A DNA stretch of 8,458 nucleotides, from the NCBI GenBank assembly GCA_043228905.1, contig JBHGNT010001438.1:1-8458 (forward strand), given 5' to 3'. Shown one piece after another: positions 8,036 to 8,458 of this stretch. Every line of letters starts with the position of its first letter. Positions within the stretch are counted from its first letter, which is position 1. The DNA is from Azolla caroliniana. Taxonomy: Eukaryota > Plantae > Polypodiophyta. The notes under the pieces are model-generated. The model ran no database searches. It was not told the origin of the DNA and saw only the letters and a program-made list of their open reading frames with translations. The position numbers were made by a program, and so were the translations under genes.

Positions 8036-8458
8036 ACTTCCTATTACTCACCTTCTCCATGCTCCTACAAGTCCGTTCCACCATTAGGAGGGTTTTCTTT
8101 GCAAGTAAGTCTTTGTTTTGGTTCGACTTCAATACATTCTCATGCCTTGCTTGACTCTGGAGCATCTACTTTCTTTATCGATAAATCATTTGTCTGCGCA
8201 CATAATATCCCCATAGTCCGCACATCACAACCCATATCCGTTGAAGCGATCGACGACTGGGTTCTCTCTTCGGGGGCAATTACCGAAGCCACTATCCCGT
8301 TGTTACTTCAAGTCCGGGCGCACCAGGAGGAACTCACGTTCTACCTCATTACAACCCCTCAACATCCGATTGTGTTGGGGCCATCTTGGTTGGAGACACA
8401 CAATCCAACGGTTGATTGGTGTAACAACTCCATCACTTTTCCAGTAAGGCCAATTCCT
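7991..8458 (+). CDS. pol: pol N-terminus: retropepsin-type aspartic protease (partial, runs off window; absent from the ORF track)
   Basis: Frame 2 is open to the window end: GKLPSPATVGAMPLD...HALLDSGASTFFIDKSFVCAHNIP...VEAIDDWVLSSGAITEAT...HPIVLGPSWLETHNPTVDW. Catalytic DSG is at 8153-8161; the C-terminal IVLGxxWLxxHNPxxDW motif is present. The element is probably inactive because gag is disrupted. Confidence 0.9.

Larger units (their letters stand above)
6554..8458 (+). mobile_element. Ty3/gypsy LTR retrotransposon, Tf1/sushi/Tcn1-like (chromovirus-type); 5' portion, truncated by window end, decayed
   Basis: Order is LTR, non-tRNA PBS, PEG10-like gag, zinc knuckle, -1 slippery site, then LLDSGA protease. 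RT, integrase and chromodomain are outside the window, so the clade is inferred from Gag, protease and PBS. Confidence 0.9.

Noticed and set aside
4832-8447. Overlapping or antisense ORFs across the LINE and gag-pol region (e.g. 4832-5128, 5714-5992, 7034-7393, 7045-7350, 7879-8154, 8241-8447)
   Set aside because: Shadow frames of the TE coding sequences; the real motifs are in frame 3 (gag) and frame 2 (protease).
1-8458. CRISPR array or prokaryotic operon/defence system
   Set aside because: No regularly spaced repeat-spacer units and low coding density; the content is eukaryotic retroelements.

Overview
Eukaryotic, AT-rich, TE-dense DNA that looks like land plant; a bryophyte such as moss is plausible from the element types, but that is inference. 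No recognisable host gene. Bases 1-3350 are mostly unassignable intergenic or decayed sequence. At 3366-4266 (-) is a non-coding LTR-retrotransposon remnant: a ~418-bp LTR, a perfect tRNA-iMet PBS and a second truncated LTR end. At ~4716-6553 (+) is a decayed L1-type LINE ORF1 (DUF4283-like domain plus a damaged zinc knuckle), interrupted by a 368-bp solo LTR (6103-6470). From 6554 to the window end is the 5' part of a Ty3/gypsy element of the Tf1/sushi/Tcn1 (PEG10-like Gag) type: 5' LTR, gag with three in-frame stops, a -1 frameshift signal (G GAA AAC plus stem-loop) and an open aspartic protease frame. The best observation is that this element has no tRNA PBS. Its PBS is instead complementary to the predicted first ~11 nt of its own transcript, as in Tf1-style self-priming. 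These are known mechanisms in a nested TE cluster; I see no evidence of a wholly new system.
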